From Octopus vulgaris (taxonomy: Eukaryota): 64,000 nucleotides of DNA. The position numbers and the translations under genes are program-made. The notes beneath the pieces are model-generated. The model ran no database searches and was not told the origin of the DNA. It saw only the letters and a list, made by a program, of their open reading frames with translations. Within the stretch, counting starts at the first letter, position 1. Every line of letters begins with the position of its first letter. The stretch is taken from contig OX597831.1 of the NCBI GenBank assembly GCA_951406725.2, forward strand, positions 3,596,001 to 3,660,000, in the 5' to 3' direction. This document shows, piece by piece, positions 14,973 to 28,626 of the stretch.

Positions 14973-15195
14973 TGTGTGTATATGTTTGTGTGTCTGTGTT
15001 TGTCCCCCCAACATCACTTGACAACTGATGCTGGTGTGTTTATGTCCCCGTAACTTAGCGGTTCAGCAAAAGAGTGCAATAGAATAAGTACTAGGCTTAC
15101 AAAGAATAGGTCCTGGTGTCGATTTGCTCAACTAAAGGCGGTGCTCCAGCATGGCCACAGTCAAATGACTGAAACAAGTAAAAGAGTAAAAAAGA
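14755..15195 (+). mobile_element. SINE family A, full length
   Basis: A-box-like GGCTGTGTGG, B-box GGTTCAGTCCC, internal (TA/TG)n, 3' CAGTCAAATGACTGAAACAAGTAAAAGAG. Confidence 0.85.
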
Positions 15196-15599
15196 ATAAG
15201 AGATAAGTCCATACCCTTATATTATGGAACCAGAGAGTTAGAAACCTTTTGCCAATTTGCTTCAATATTCTTTGTTGGCTCCTCTTTATTTTCTTCTGTT
15301 TATCAATGTAGACAAATTTACAGTTTATGTCTTTGTATATATTCTTTGAGTAATCCTAGTTTTGTGGCCAAATTGTGCATGATTCAGAAAATATATGATC
15401 GAAAAGCAAACAAAAAAAAGAAAGAGATAAAAATGAAAAAAAAAAGATGGAGATTGTTAGCCAAATCTTTGGCTATTTACTGAATCAAATGAAACAGAAG
15501 AAAATGGTTAGTGCTTCTCTGTTTTCTGTCATACCTTTGAACAGAATCACAGACAAACACGCACAGATTCATACACTTGTGTACATACATTCTTATGCA

Positions 15600-15627
15600 C
15601 ACACACGCATATATATATACATACATA

Positions 15628-15688
<61 letters not shown>

Positions 15689-15692
15689 TATA

Positions 15693-15747
<55 letters not shown>

Positions 15748-15755
15748 ATGGATTG

Positions 15756-15804
<49 letters not shown>

Positions 15805-16678
15805 TGCATATATCTGTGTGTGTGTTTATGAACATATACCCTTATATATGGAATCACAGATAAACATGTATGTTTATATGCAAACAAACAAGCATGTACG
15901 TATGCTCTCACATATGACCACTCATAAATAGATATACACAACACATGCACACACACATATATATATACACACACACACCTATATATGTTTATAAACATTC
16001 ATAAATATATACAACTGCTCATTTGTGGATACACATGTACACAAGCTCAAGCGCATATACACACATACAAGCAAATACAGACACAGACACACACACGCAT
16101 ATATATCTACATGCATACGTGTATGTGTATGTATGCATATATACATACATATATATGTGCGCGCGCGTGTGCGTTTGTGTGTATGTAGATACACACATAC
16201 ACATATACACGTACACACACATACATATATACATACATGTACATGCCATTCCTCAAATATTATCATACTATGCATAGATACTCTCTCATAGATAGGTAAC
16301 AATTCTACCTATAAATGTGTGTGTATATATATATATATATATACATACACACACACTCACACACACACACACACATATATATATATAAAAGATTCACATT
16401 TATATATACATATATACATAATATATACATAAATATATACATATATGTATAAAATATATATGTGTATATATATATATATATATACATGTACAAATATACA
16501 TGCATACATGCACATACATACATACAGAAACATACATGCATGCGTACATGCATACATACACGCATACATACATACATACATGCATACATTCATACATACA
16601 TACATACATACATACACACACATACCTACATACATACATATACATACATACATACATACATACATATACATACACACA

Positions 16679-16710
<32 letters not shown>

Positions 16711-17241
16711 CATACATATACATACATACATACCTACATACACATACATACATACATACATACATACATACATACATACACACATACATACATACATACA
16801 TACACACACATACCCACATACATACACATACATACATACATACATACACACACATACCTACATACATACATAATACACACACACACACATACCTACATAC
16901 ATATACATACATACCTACATACATACAAACACTCAAAGACACGCTGGCAATTATATGAATTATCCATAATGAAATGAATTCTGTAGAGAGTGAGATGTCA
17001 AGTGTGCTTAACTTTTATGTTGAAGCGGAAGTGTGAGATGTTGGATCTGCACTGCATTACATGAAACATGCAATTATTTGCAAGTGTGTTGCACCAATTT
17101 GCAGTATATTTGCAGCACAAAAACTAAAGCCTTATGAACGTATCTCATTATAAAAATTATATATGCATGCATATAAACACACACACACATACATATATAC
17201 ATATATACATACATACATACATACATACATACATACATACA

Positions 17242-17275
<34 letters not shown>

Positions 17276-17498
17276 CATACATGTGTGTGTATGTATATGT
17301 ATATATATATATATATACATGCACACACACATACATGCTCACATGCACACGCACACACATACACATGCACATATGACATATGTGTGTATGTTTATGTACA
17401 TGCAGGTATACATAAAAGAATCATATATATATATGATTCTTTTATGTATACCTGTATACATGTATTCTTTTATATATATATATATATATGTATACATG

Positions 17499-17550
<52 letters not shown>

Positions 17551-17604
17551 CTATATTTATGGATGTATATATATGTATATGTGCATACTTATATATGTGC
17601 AAAC

Positions 17605-17643
<39 letters not shown>

Positions 17644-17677
17644 CCTGTCAATGTATGTATGTATCTAACAACACCTA

Positions 17678-17708
<31 letters not shown>

Positions 17709-17730
17709 TTATATATATATATACATAAGT
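15600..17730. repeat. Long compound (TA)n/(TACA)n/(CA)n microsatellite field
   Basis: Direct inspection; source of the YIYI/HTHT ORFs. Confidence 0.9.
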
Positions 17731-18161
17731 GTATATTCAATTAGAAAAATACTGTCAGATGACCTGTGATCTATAGCTGTCCAGCTATGACCATCATGCC
17801 TCTTGTATTTTCAGTATGTGAATGGTCACATTAATCAATGTGCCAGTCCATTTTTCTGTCTTTTTTTACCTCTTTTTGCAAAATAGCAGGGTATGATTAG
17901 AGTGAGATGTGATTGCTATTTCTAGCAAGTTGATCAACAGCATAGAAACTCTCTCATTAGTTTGAGACAGTTATTGGAGATCAGAAAGGTCACAAGACAG
18001 ATTGAGAGGACACTTTGACATTGAATACATTCAGAATCCTAGATAGAATAAAACAGACCATGAAGATAACATTACAACATATATGATACATTGCAAAGAA
18101 ATGCGACCATTTTTAGATTAATATCAAGAATAAGATTAGTATAAAGAATTAGATTAACCTT

Positions 18162-18235
<74 letters not shown>

Positions 18236-18239
18236 ACTG

Positions 18240-18580
18240 ATCATCATCATCATCGTTTAATGTCCGTTTTCCATGCTAGCACAGGTTGGACGGTTCGACC
18301 GGGGTCTGGGAAGCCAGGAGGCTGCACCAAGGCTCCAGTCTTGATCTGGCAGTGTTTCTACAGCTGGATGCCCTTCCTAACGCCAACCACTCCGTGAGTG
18401 TAGTGGGTGCATTTTACGTGCCACCGGCACAGGTGCCAGGGGAGGCTGGCAGCGGTCATGATCGGTTGGTTCTTTTTATGTGCCACAGGCACAGAGGCCA
18501 GTCAAGGTGGCGCTGGCATCAACCACGATCGGATGGTGCCTTTTACGTGCCACCGGCACAGGTATCACAACTACAATTTC
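18240..18580 (-). mobile_element. RTE LINE 3' UTR
   Basis: Shared UTR and long (CAT)n tail. Confidence 0.75.
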
Positions 18581-18702
18581 TATTTGATTTTTTTATTTAC
18601 TTTTTATTATTTCTTTATTTATTATTTATTTTTCCTTATAATATTTCTGTTGAAAGACACTGCCTTGTTTCAAATAATTTTGAAAATACCACTATTAAAC
18701 AG

Positions 18703-18913
18703 GTGAGCTGGCAGAATCGTTAGCATGCTGGGCAAAATGCTTGGTGGCATTTTGTCCAGCTACATGTTCTGAGTTCAATTTCCGCTGAAGTCGATTTTTG
18801 CCTTTCATCCTTTTGGGGGGGTCGATGAAATAGGTACCAGCTGTGCACTGGGCTCGATGTAATCAACTATGCTCCTCCCCCAAATTTCAGGCCTTGTGCC
18901 TACAGTAGAAAGG

Positions 18914-18960
<47 letters not shown>

Positions 18961-19428
18961 CATTATTATTATTATCATTATTATTATTATTATTATTATT
19001 GTTGTGTTTGTTGTTGTTGTTGAAGGTGGTGAGCTGGCAGAACTGTTAGCATTCCATGCAAAATGCCCAGCAACATTTCATCTGTCTTTACACTCTGAGA
19101 TCAAATTTCATGAAGGTTGACTTTGCCTTCTATCCTTTTGAGGTCAATGAAATAAATACCAGTTTTGCACTGGGGTTGACTTAGCCCCACCCTCAAAATT
19201 GCTGGTTTTGTGCAACAATTTGAAATCATTCTTTTACTTGTTTCAGTCATTTGACTGCAGCCATGCTGGAGCACCACCTTCAGTCAAGCAAATCAACCCC
19301 AGGACATACTCTTTTGAAGCCTACTACTTATTCTATCGGTCTCTTTTGCCGAACTGCTAAGTTATAGGGACGTAAACACACCACCATCAGTAGTCAAGCG
19401 ATTTTAGGGGGACAAACACAGACACACA

Positions 19429-19482
<54 letters not shown>

Positions 19483-20960
19483 CATATATATGATGGGCTT
19501 CTTTCAGTTTCCGTCTACCAAATCCACTTACAAGGCTTTGGTCGGCCCGAGGCTATAGTAGAAGACACTTGCCCAAGGTGCCACGCAGTGGGACTGAACC
19601 CAGAACCATGTGGTTGGTAAGCAAGCTACTTACCACACAGCTACTCCTGTGCCTATATTTATAAGGTGGGGAGGTGACACAATCATTAGCATGATCATTA
19701 GCAGAATCATTAGCAAAAGGCTAAGCATGTTGTTCATCTTTACATTCTGAGTTCAAATTCTGCCATGGTTGACTTTGCTTTTCCTCCTTTTAGGGCCAGT
19801 AAAATAAGAACCAGTTGTGCACTGGGGTCAATGCAACTGATTTAACTCATCCTCCAAAATTGCTGGCCTTGTGCCAGAATTTGAAACCAATATCAAACAA
19901 ATTTTTGGAACATAAATTAACATAAAATGTTAATGGTTTTTAATTTTGATCACTTCAAAACAGAAAGCTTCTATTATTTAACCACAGGTAGCCTCAGGTG
20001 GGTTGGTATCAAGAGGATTAAGTATAAGGTTCATTTCTTGTGCAAATTACTGTTGTGTAATCCAAGACGAGCTCTAATGGAACAAACCTATGATCCAAAG
20101 CCATCCAGCCTTGACCCTCACATCAGTTTTCTCTTTTTTACTTAGAAAGCAGTATATATTTGCAGGCCTGGCTGTGTGGTTAAGAAGCTTGCTTTGCCAC
20201 TACATAATTTCAGGTTCAGTCCTACTCAGTGCTACCTTGAGTCGAGCATTGCCTTGTGAGTGAAATTTGGCTGATAGAAACTGTGTGAAGCCCTTTGAAT
20301 ACACACACACACACATGTATGTGTGTATATGAGTATATATATTTTTCTTTTACTTGTTTCAGTCATTTGACTGTGGCCATGCTGGGATACTGCCTTGAAG
20401 AGTTTTAGTCAAACAGATTGACCCTAGGACTTTTAAGTTTAGCACTTATTCTATTGGTGTCTTTTGTTGAACTGCTAAGTTATGGGGTTGTAAACACACC
20501 AGCACCAGTTGTCGAGTGGTGGAGTGGGACAAAAACTGGCACAAAGGCACACACGTACACACACACACACACACACACATTGATACAATGAGCTTCTTTC
20601 AGTTTCCAGCTACCAAATCCACTTACAAGGCTTTGGTCAACCCGAGGCTATAGTAGAAGACACTTGCCCAAGGTGCCATGCAGTGGGACTGAACCCGGAA
20701 CCATGTGGTTGGGAAGCAAGCTTCTTACCACACAGCCATACCTGCACCTGTGTACTTATAAGTGTGTGTGTGTGTGAGAGAGAGAAAGAGACAGTGTGTG
20801 TGTGTGTTTGTGTGTGTTTGGGTTTGTTCTTCACCACCACTTGCCAACTGGTGTTGGTTTGTTTATATCCCCATACTTTAGCAGTTCAGCAAAAGTGACC
20901 GATAGAATGAGTAGCAGACTTGAAAATAGGTTCAGAGGTTGATTCGTTCAACCAAACTCT
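18703..20960. mobile_element. Cluster of SINE B (18703-18912, 19025-19225, 19670-19890) and SINE A (19230-19655, 20160-20300, 20345-20750) copies
   Basis: Family-diagnostic motifs as above. Confidence 0.75.
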
Positions 20961-20989
20961 TCAAGGCGGTGTCACCCTCACTTTCACGT

Positions 20990-21890
20990 GTTCACATAGC
21001 ATCTGTTTGCTCCTCCCACATATCTGCTTGATATCTGTTTGTTCCCCTCCTACCTGTCAGTTTGATATCAATACGTCCCTCCTACCTGTCTATCTGATGT
21101 CTATTTAGTTTGCCTCCAATATATCAGTTTGATATCTTTTCCACTCCTCTTGCCTGTCTCTTTTGGTTATCTATTTGTTGCTGTCCCATCTGTCTGTTTG
21201 ATATCTATTCCCAACTATGCACTTGATATCCATTCACTCCCTCCACCTCTCTGCTTGATTCTCTACATGTCTACTTGACATTAACATGCCCTACTTACTC
21301 ACTTGACATCCACATTTCCATTTGACATTCACATGTCAACTTGACATCCACTCACACTATTTCTATATGTCAACTTGACTTCCATATACATTACATGTCC
21401 ATTCGACATTCACGTTTCTGCATGTCCATTTGACATCCATGCTTCTGGATGTCATTTTTGACATCCACATGTCCTACATGATTACTTCACACATTCAGGT
21501 CCATTTGTCATCCACTTACCCTACATACCCATTTGACATCCATGTGTAAAAAAGAAGGTAAAGTTACTTTCTCAAGTCATACAGACTCATAAGGTCAGTT
21601 TCCCACTTTCATGATGTATATATTCCTCAACTGGACAGGGCACTGGTCAGTCGCAGGATTACACAGTTTTTCCAGCTGAATGGACTGGAGCAATGAGAAA
21701 TGAAGTGTTTGCTTGAAAACACAATGCATTGCCCAGTCCAGGAATTGAAACCACAATCTTATGATCATGAGTCCAAAACCCTAAGCCATGTGCCTTCACA
21801 TGCTCTACATGTTTATTTGATGCATTCAGATCCATTTGTCATCCACTTACCCTACATGTCCATTTGACAGCCGCATATTGTACATCTTTG
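20990..21890. repeat. Degenerate minisatellite (CATGTCCATTTGACATCCA-like) interrupted by a third SINE (21548-21800, minus)
   Basis: Recurring TTGA(C/T)ATC(C/T)A units; SINE has B-box GGTTTCAATTCC on minus strand. Confidence 0.55.
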
Positions 21891-22099
21891 TCCTGTACAT
21901 GACTTGAAACTGCGTCCAGTAGTGGAGCTCTGGTTTGGGAGTTGCAGGGCTTTGAGGAACGTGGAACCATCTCTGAGCCATGTTTGATTTAAGGTCTACT
22001 CTGATCCAGAGTAGTAGCACTTGTCAAGGTCTTAGTAATGGGTTTACTAGTATGTTATAGAAAAGACTCCAAACACAGATTCTCACTGCCTTGTGAATG

Positions 22100-23945
22100 C
22101 CTTGAGAAAAGAAAAAGCTAGAGAAGTCATCTGGACAGTATATCAATGAATGGAGTCTCAGATGGTCTGGTGTTTTGAGGTCTTGAAGATGAAGGTCCCA
22201 AGTAGTTCTATCAGATACTATTGTGCAAATCCTGCTTACTAAATTAAAGGGGAAATTTGTTTTGATGTGTTCGGATGGCATGAGCTAAAGAGGAAATATT
22301 GTTTCAAGTCCGTTGGTTTATGATAGATGTCAGTTATAATTTGGTTGTTGACTTTTTTTTTATCATAGTCTCCAAAAATGGGAGCTGTTCTTTGCTATAT
22401 TCCATTGTGAATTGAATGTTACTATTTATATCATTTAGTGTTGATTTGAAGACCAAAAGTTTGTCAATGGTCTCCTTCCAAATGATAGAACAGTCATCCA
22501 GGTATCTTTTCCAGCTTTCTCTTATGTAATGGTAAAATGGATAACCATGTTTTTGAAGTGACACTTCATATATGGTGAATTTAAAATAACCCATTATCAG
22601 GTTTGCCAGAACAGGGGCTGCTTTCGTTCCCATCGCAATTCTGCATTTTTGATGATAGTATGTGTCATCAAATAGGAAATAATTGTTCTGAGGTATAAAT
22701 TTTGAAAATTCAATACTAAAGATCTTATTTATGCATTCCAAGTGTACTTCGAGGTACTTTTCCAACCAGAATTTGATTGCTTTTATTCCATAGTCATGTG
22801 GGATGTTGGTGTAAAGATTAATAACATCGAAGGAAACCAATAATGGCTCTTCATTAATTGTTTTTGGTAGATACTCTAGCATGTCTAAATCATCTCTAAT
22901 GAGACCTTTGATGTATTTCAGCAAGGGTTTCAGTAGGACATCTAGAAAATTGCTTAGGCGGTGGGTTTCACAGGCTGGTCCATTTATAATGGGTCTTAAA
23001 GTCAAGTCTGTGGTATTGAGCAGAATATTTGCTGTAAAACCCATCTTTTATACCAAGACAAAACAATGTACATGATAACACTTCCAATCAGTTAAGATCA
23101 GAAACCATGAGAGCCACTGCCTGGTACTGCATCTATTATTATTATTACTGAGCTTTGTAACTAAGGAAGAAGTCAACACTGTCTTTCCATAATTTTATAA
23201 CACTTTCCAAAAGTTGTTGATCAGTATATTTAGTGAGTTTGGTATGCATTTTTTCATCGATCATTTTATATTTTTGTTCGTTATTCGATGCTCTGAGTTT
23301 GAGTAACTCAATCACTATTTTCATTTTCTCTAGTGCTAATTTCTCCCTAAGATTCCTTTGCTGTTTGGGTTCTTCTGGGGTTGGTTTGATTTGTAGCTTG
23401 CATGGCAGAATTAACCCTTTAGCGCTCAGATTATTCTATCAAACATAATGCCTATTAATTCCCATTGATTTAAATTAATCATGCATTATCTCATATCTTC
23501 AAGATCTTGATGGTGTAATTACTTAATGTAGAATAACATTGTAGGGTAGGTGTGAGAGCCTGGATCTGGTCAGTTTGAACACAAAACAGATTAACTATTT
23601 TAGCCGGATATGGCCGGTTTAAATACTAAAGGGTTAAAGGTGTTGAGTTAATCCATTTTTCATATATTTCTACCTTATTATTATTTTTTATCACATTCCA
23701 AAACGAAAATTTTCTAGCGTTAAGATTTTTGGACCAATTTTGGTTAATGCAACTTTTAATTAAATGTGCTGACATTGGTGTATTAGGTATTTTGGTGATG
23801 ATTCTTTTTCAAAGTTATTTGTGAAAATTGAGTGTAATGTCATGCATAATCCGTTCAAATTTTGACTAACCTTCTCAGTAGACTGTCTTCTCTGTTCAAC
23901 TTCAGTTTCTTCTCGGGTAAGGTAATTTAATCCATCGATTTTGTT
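22100..23945 (-). pseudogene. Penelope-like element reverse transcriptase, decayed and interrupted
   Basis: LRPII, LVSFDVINLYTNIPH, IAMGTKAAPVLANL, WKRYLDD, FTMEYS..LPFL, then TDIYHKPTD and H.K.NFPFNL..RICTIVS thumb; insertions at 23010-23145 and 23415-23633. Confidence 0.85.
23415..23633. mobile_element. piggyBac-type MITE
   Basis: TIR CCCTTTAG...CTAAAGGG flanked by TTAA duplication (23411-14, 23634-37). Confidence 0.8.
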
Positions 23946-23971
23946 AGACTATATATATATATATATATATA

Positions 23972-24124
23972 AGCGCAGGAGTGGCTGTGTGGTAAGTAGC
24001 TTGCTTACCAACCACATGGTTCCGGGTTCAGTCCCACTGCGTAGCACCTTGGGCAAGTGTCTTCTACTATAGCCTTCGGCTGACCAAAGCCTTGTGAGTG
24101 GATTTGGTAGACGGAAACTGAAAG

Positions 24125-24158
<34 letters not shown>

Positions 24159-24560
24159 TATAGGTGCAGGAGTGGCTGTGTGGTAAGTAGCTTGCTTACG
24201 AACCACATGGTTCTGGGTTCAGTCCCACTGTGTTACACCTTGGGCAAGTGTCTTCTACTATGGCCTCGGGCCGACCAAAGCCTTGTGAGTGGATTTGGCA
24301 GATGGAAACTGAAAGAAGCCCGTTGTATATATGTATTTGAATATATATATGTGTGTGTCTGTGTTTGTCCCTCCAACATCGCTTGGCAACCGATGCTGGT
24401 GTGTTTATGTCCCTGTGACCTAGCGGTTTGGCCAAAGAGACCGATAGAATAAGTACTAGGTTTACAAAGAATAAGTTCTGGGGTTCGATTTGCTCGACTA
24501 ATGGTGGTGCTCCAGCATGGCCACAGTCAAATGACTGAAACAAATAAAAGAGTAAAAGAG
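23972..24560 (+). mobile_element. Tandem SINE A (5' half copy plus full copy)
   Basis: Two GCAGGAGTGGCTGTGTGGTAAGTAGC heads at ~23975 and ~24165. Confidence 0.85.
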
Positions 24561-24634
24561 AGAGAGAGAGAGAGCAAAGAGAGTAAAAATAATAATGATG
24601 TTGACAAACAACGACGACAATGATGACGATTACA

Positions 24635-24666
<32 letters not shown>

Positions 24667-25521
24667 AATGACAGCATTGGCGGCAGCTGCAATGATGACA
24701 ATGACTGTGATGATGACAATATTTATTGTTGTCTAGACAATTAAACTTAGCTTTATAGCATATGTTTTATTAAGATCTGTATCTTCATTATGTTTCACTC
24801 AGTCCAATCTCTGAACATTATCAGGTATCTTATTTAATGCTTTCAACATATTGTCAGTTCCTGCATTGTTGCTGTTATTGCTGCTGCTGCTGCTGTTGTT
24901 GTTGTTGTTGTTGTTGTTGTTGTCGTTGTCGTTGTTGTTGTATAGTTCCATGGGATTTATCAACCTTTACTCAAGCAAATCAACCGCGCAATGATTCATT
25001 ATGTCATCACTCAATGTTGACACTCGTGCACACATCTTCAATCATATGCTTCTCGGACCTCATTGAAAATTCTCAACGGACCACCACAATTACTCAGTCT
25101 GCTAGCTAGAAATAACAGCGAAATCTTCCTTGAATTACGTCCTACTTCCTTAAAAGTGGAAAGACGTACTGGACAATGCAGTCCTAGATATATTATCTGA
25201 AAAAGAAAAAACAAAAAGACAAAAAAAAAAGACAAAAGAAAAGACTAGATGGTCACAACTGGAACATCTTGAACATAGCCCTGTTCAATCAGGGCCAAAG
25301 TGAAACACAAATATAATAACAGCAGCAACCAATAGCAATAACAATAAAAACAGATTTCACTGGAAGGGAGAGTAGGTGATGGGTGGCAGAAGATAGGGAA
25401 TCTAATGCCTTGAGCTATTACACTCTGTGCTTTATCTCCAATCTACTGCCTTGCTGTCTATTGAATCATAATATTGTCTAAATTACACAATATATTCAAC
25501 ACAGTATGGTTTATCAGACAG

Positions 25522-25566
<45 letters not shown>

Positions 25567-25683
25567 CTTGCACATTCTCTCTCCGTTTCTCTCACTCTCT
25601 GTCCACATTCTCTTTCTCTCTCTCATAATTTGGTTTCTAATAACATATTTAAATGGTTATCTCAATATTTCTACAACAGTAGA

Positions 25684-25721
<38 letters not shown>

Positions 25722-26031
25722 TCTATTGATATCTATTGATCTACAGAGCTTATATCGTTCTGATATCAAATTATGTTGATCCATACAGCTATAAAACAGA
25801 CGCAACAGATTGTTCTCGAGATCAATAACTAAACATATCCAGTTAATAATCGAAAGATAATCAGTAGAGTTTGGAGGAAGACTAATGGAGAATCAATTCA
25901 GACAAAAACACGTAAAGTGGTGGTGGTAGTGGTGGTGACAGTGGTAGTTCTGGTGGTGGTGGTGGTGGTGGAGGGGTTAAATTGACGGTGGGGGAGGCAT
26001 GAGGAGAGAATAATTCCATCAATTTGGGCAG

Positions 26032-26044
26032 TGACCTTTGACCT
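26032..26044. promoter_or_regulatory. Perfect DR1 nuclear-receptor element
   Basis: TGACCTTTGACCT = AGGTCA-A-AGGTCA on minus strand; adjacent TGACAG and TAAT cores. Confidence 0.35.
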
Positions 26045-26267
26045 GGTAATGACAGGTAATTTCATGTGTCTATAAACTTTATAGCTGGAAGGATACGTAT
26101 AATAGAAGACTATAAATGATAAGGTTCTTTATGTCTACAATACAGAGGAAATATCATTTCAAAATATATCTAATAACATGTCTGTGTATATAATGTTATA
26201 TGTGTAAGTTATAGGAATACGCAACTCACAGATACATACGTGCATTGATATATACTTATACAGATAT

Positions 26268-26668
26268 CTTTTACTTGTTTCAGTCATTTGACTGCGGCCA
26301 TGCTGGAGCACCACCTTTAGTCGAGCAAATCGACCCCGGGACTTATTCTTTGTAAGCCCAGTACTTATTCTATCGGTCTCTTTTGCCAAACCGCTAAGTT
26401 ACGGGGACGTAAACACACCAGCATTGGTTGTCAAGCAATGCTAGGGGAACAAACACAGACACACAAACATATACACACACACTTATATATATATACATAT
26501 ATACGACAGGCTTCTTTCAGTTTCCGTCTACCAAATCCACTCACAAGGCATTGGTCAGCCCGGGGCTATAGCAGAAGACACTTGCCCAAGGTGCCACGCA
26601 GTGGGACTGAACCCGGAACCATGTGGTTGGTTAGCAAGCTACTTACCACACAGCCTTCTCCTGCGCCT
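26268..26668 (-). mobile_element. SINE family A, young subfamily
   Basis: Shares diagnostic bases (GGCATTGGTC, GGGGCTATAGCAG, GTTAGCAAG) with copies at 37485-37892 and 59760-60130. Confidence 0.85.
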
Positions 26669-26738
26669 ATACACACACACACACAAACACACAAACACAC
26701 ACACATAAGTATGCATGTATGTTTGTTTATATATATAC

Positions 26739-27050
26739 ACCACCACCAACCTCCCCCTCCGCACCTCCACGTCGTCGTCTCCGCTGTCCAGCTGCTCCTC
26801 CACAGCCTCATCACAGCAACAACAGCAATCACAGAACCTACAGAGATGTACGGCGGGGCCGGGCGTACAGCAGCCCCTGTCGCTGACGACCAGCTCGGAC
26901 GTCGCCTCAACGACCCTCCTCACCACCCAGCCACCCTCTTCCCCCAGTCCGACGCACTCCGTCATCTCTGCCAGCGCACACTCTCCGCAACACTCTGCGG
27001 TGGGGTCGCGGTCGAGCACGCCTGCCGAGAATGGCCGACCTGTGTCGTAA
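26739..27050 (+). CDS. Probable terminal coding exon of an S/T/P/Q-rich (transcription-regulator-like) protein; 5' boundary uncertain
   Basis: Sharp GC/CpG-rich island; frame ...SSTASSQQQQQSQNL..VQQPLSLTTSS..QPPSSPSPTHSVIS..STPAENGRPVS*; candidate acceptors TGTCCAG (~26791) and CTCCACAG (~26805). Confidence 0.55.
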   Translation, partial: TTTNLPLRTSTSSSPLSSCSSTASSQQQQQSQNLQRCTAGPGVQQPLSLTTSSDVASTTLLTTQPPSSPSPTHSVISASAHSPQHSAVGSRSSTPAENGRPVS

Positions 27051-27263
27051 AAGGTTGTGCTTATGTCCGTGACCTCTGGGGGGGTCAGTTGCGATTGCTG
27101 CGTAAAAGAGAAACACAAACAGTAATATTAATAATTATAATAATGGGCAACTCCAACATGAACAAATTTAAAGAATGTCTGTCTGTCTGTCTCCATATTC
27201 TCTTGTCTTTCTCTATTTTCATCCCTTCCTGAATTCTCTTTTATCTCCTACTCTATTCTAATC

Positions 27264-27532
27264 GAGATATAGACAGTAACTGCTCCATAACATAAGGGAC
27301 GTTAGCCATCCGAATGTGGCTAGGGACAGGGCAGGGCAGTGGGGTCGTTACTGATGCATTTAGCCCCAGGCGATCATCAACGTCACCAGGAGGGCTGACG
27401 CCAGGAGGGCTGGCCGTGATGGCGTCAGCCCTCCTGGTGACGTTGATGATCGCCTGGGGCTAAATGCATCAGTAACACCCCCACCGCCCTGCCCTGTCCC
27501 TAGCCACATTCGGATGGCTAACGTCCCTTATG
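27264..27532. mobile_element. GC-rich fold-back insertion with 12-bp TSD
   Basis: ~120 bp arms (27291-27413 / 27420-27532 approx.); TCTATTCTAATC at 27252-27263 and 27533-27544. Confidence 0.8.
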
Positions 27533-28042
27533 TCTATTCTAATCCCTCTGTGTAAACTATCTTGGGTAAAAAGGACCTATGCACTGTTTAGTGGTTATTT
27601 TATATATATAAACATATATATAAAACTGTTGACCACCACATCAGACAGACTGTCCATGTAATAGTTTGCAATCGACCTACCCTCTTTATCCCTTCCATTC
27701 CATTTCTCTGCTGCCCTGCTTTTCAATCTCCCCTCACATTGAGCGAACCCCACCCCCCATGTACCCCAACTAATTGTTTTTGTTTATTTTCCTCCCACCC
27801 CCTGTCCTTTCCACCTCCCAAATTCACCACACACACCTCCAAAAAAAAAAAAAAAGGCAACAATAAGAACACTGTTACATGACAAGAATCACCATGGTAA
27901 CAACATCAACTGCTTCAAGATGAAACCAACAAGATTAAAGTCTAAAGACTAAAATGTGTTTCTTCCTCTTTTAAAAGAATTGTCTTGGAAAAAAAAACAC
28001 ATACACAAATATATGTATATCTATATATATATATATACACAC

Positions 28043-28134
<92 letters not shown>

Positions 28135-28135
<1 letters not shown>

Positions 28136-28550
28136 GTAGTGGGTAGTGATTTTCTTCACTACTTAAGGGAGTGTCGACCCTGCCTGACACGAGTTCTGGG
28201 TTCAGCGGGCTCCAGCAGACAGTACCCGGTGTGGGCCCCTATCCAGGGTAACAGAAAGGAGACAACTTTCAAAGAAATCCGGAGTGGAGCCCCTTAGGCA
28301 GTTTAGTGTTTGACTCGACACTCTTCCGGCAACTCCTGCAACCAAGCTGGTGCCAAGCATAATGCTCTGCACACCTTTGGACTACGTCAGCAAGGTTGAG
28401 AGAGGAATCCTGATGATTGGGCTGCCCAGAATTTTCTTACGTCTAGCCCAGGCCTGTGCAAGACTGGAGAGGACATGAAATGTAAAAACAGACTGGATTA
28501 GTTTATGCGCAACTCCATTGTCTCCCGAGACAAAAGGATGCCAACAACAA
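28135..28550 (+). mobile_element. Non-autonomous retroposon (probably RTE-related) in (TA)n
   Basis: TCCGGAGTGGAGCCCCT and GGCAACTCCTGC..CCAAGCTGGTGCCAA blocks, (CAA)n tail; shares CCCAG..AATTTTCTT with the 44995-45555 element. Confidence 0.45.
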
Positions 28551-28626
28551 TATATATATATATATAAAAACAGTAAGATAACCAAAGAAAGAAAGAGACC
28601 TCAATATTATGTAAATAGAGGAATTT

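Noticed and set aside
26739-27050. Assigning the symbol TCF/pangolin
   Set aside because: Only a 5-7 residue motif supports it; no HMG box or C-clamp exon seen
26438-27232. 264-aa plus-strand ORF
   Set aside because: Chimera of antisense SINE A, microsatellite and an alternative frame of the GC island
27410-27530. HDV-like ribozyme (CTCCTGG ... CGGATGGCTAA)
   Set aside because: Could not build P1/P2/P4 pairings within one arm; TAGCCA/TGGCTA is a simple local hairpin
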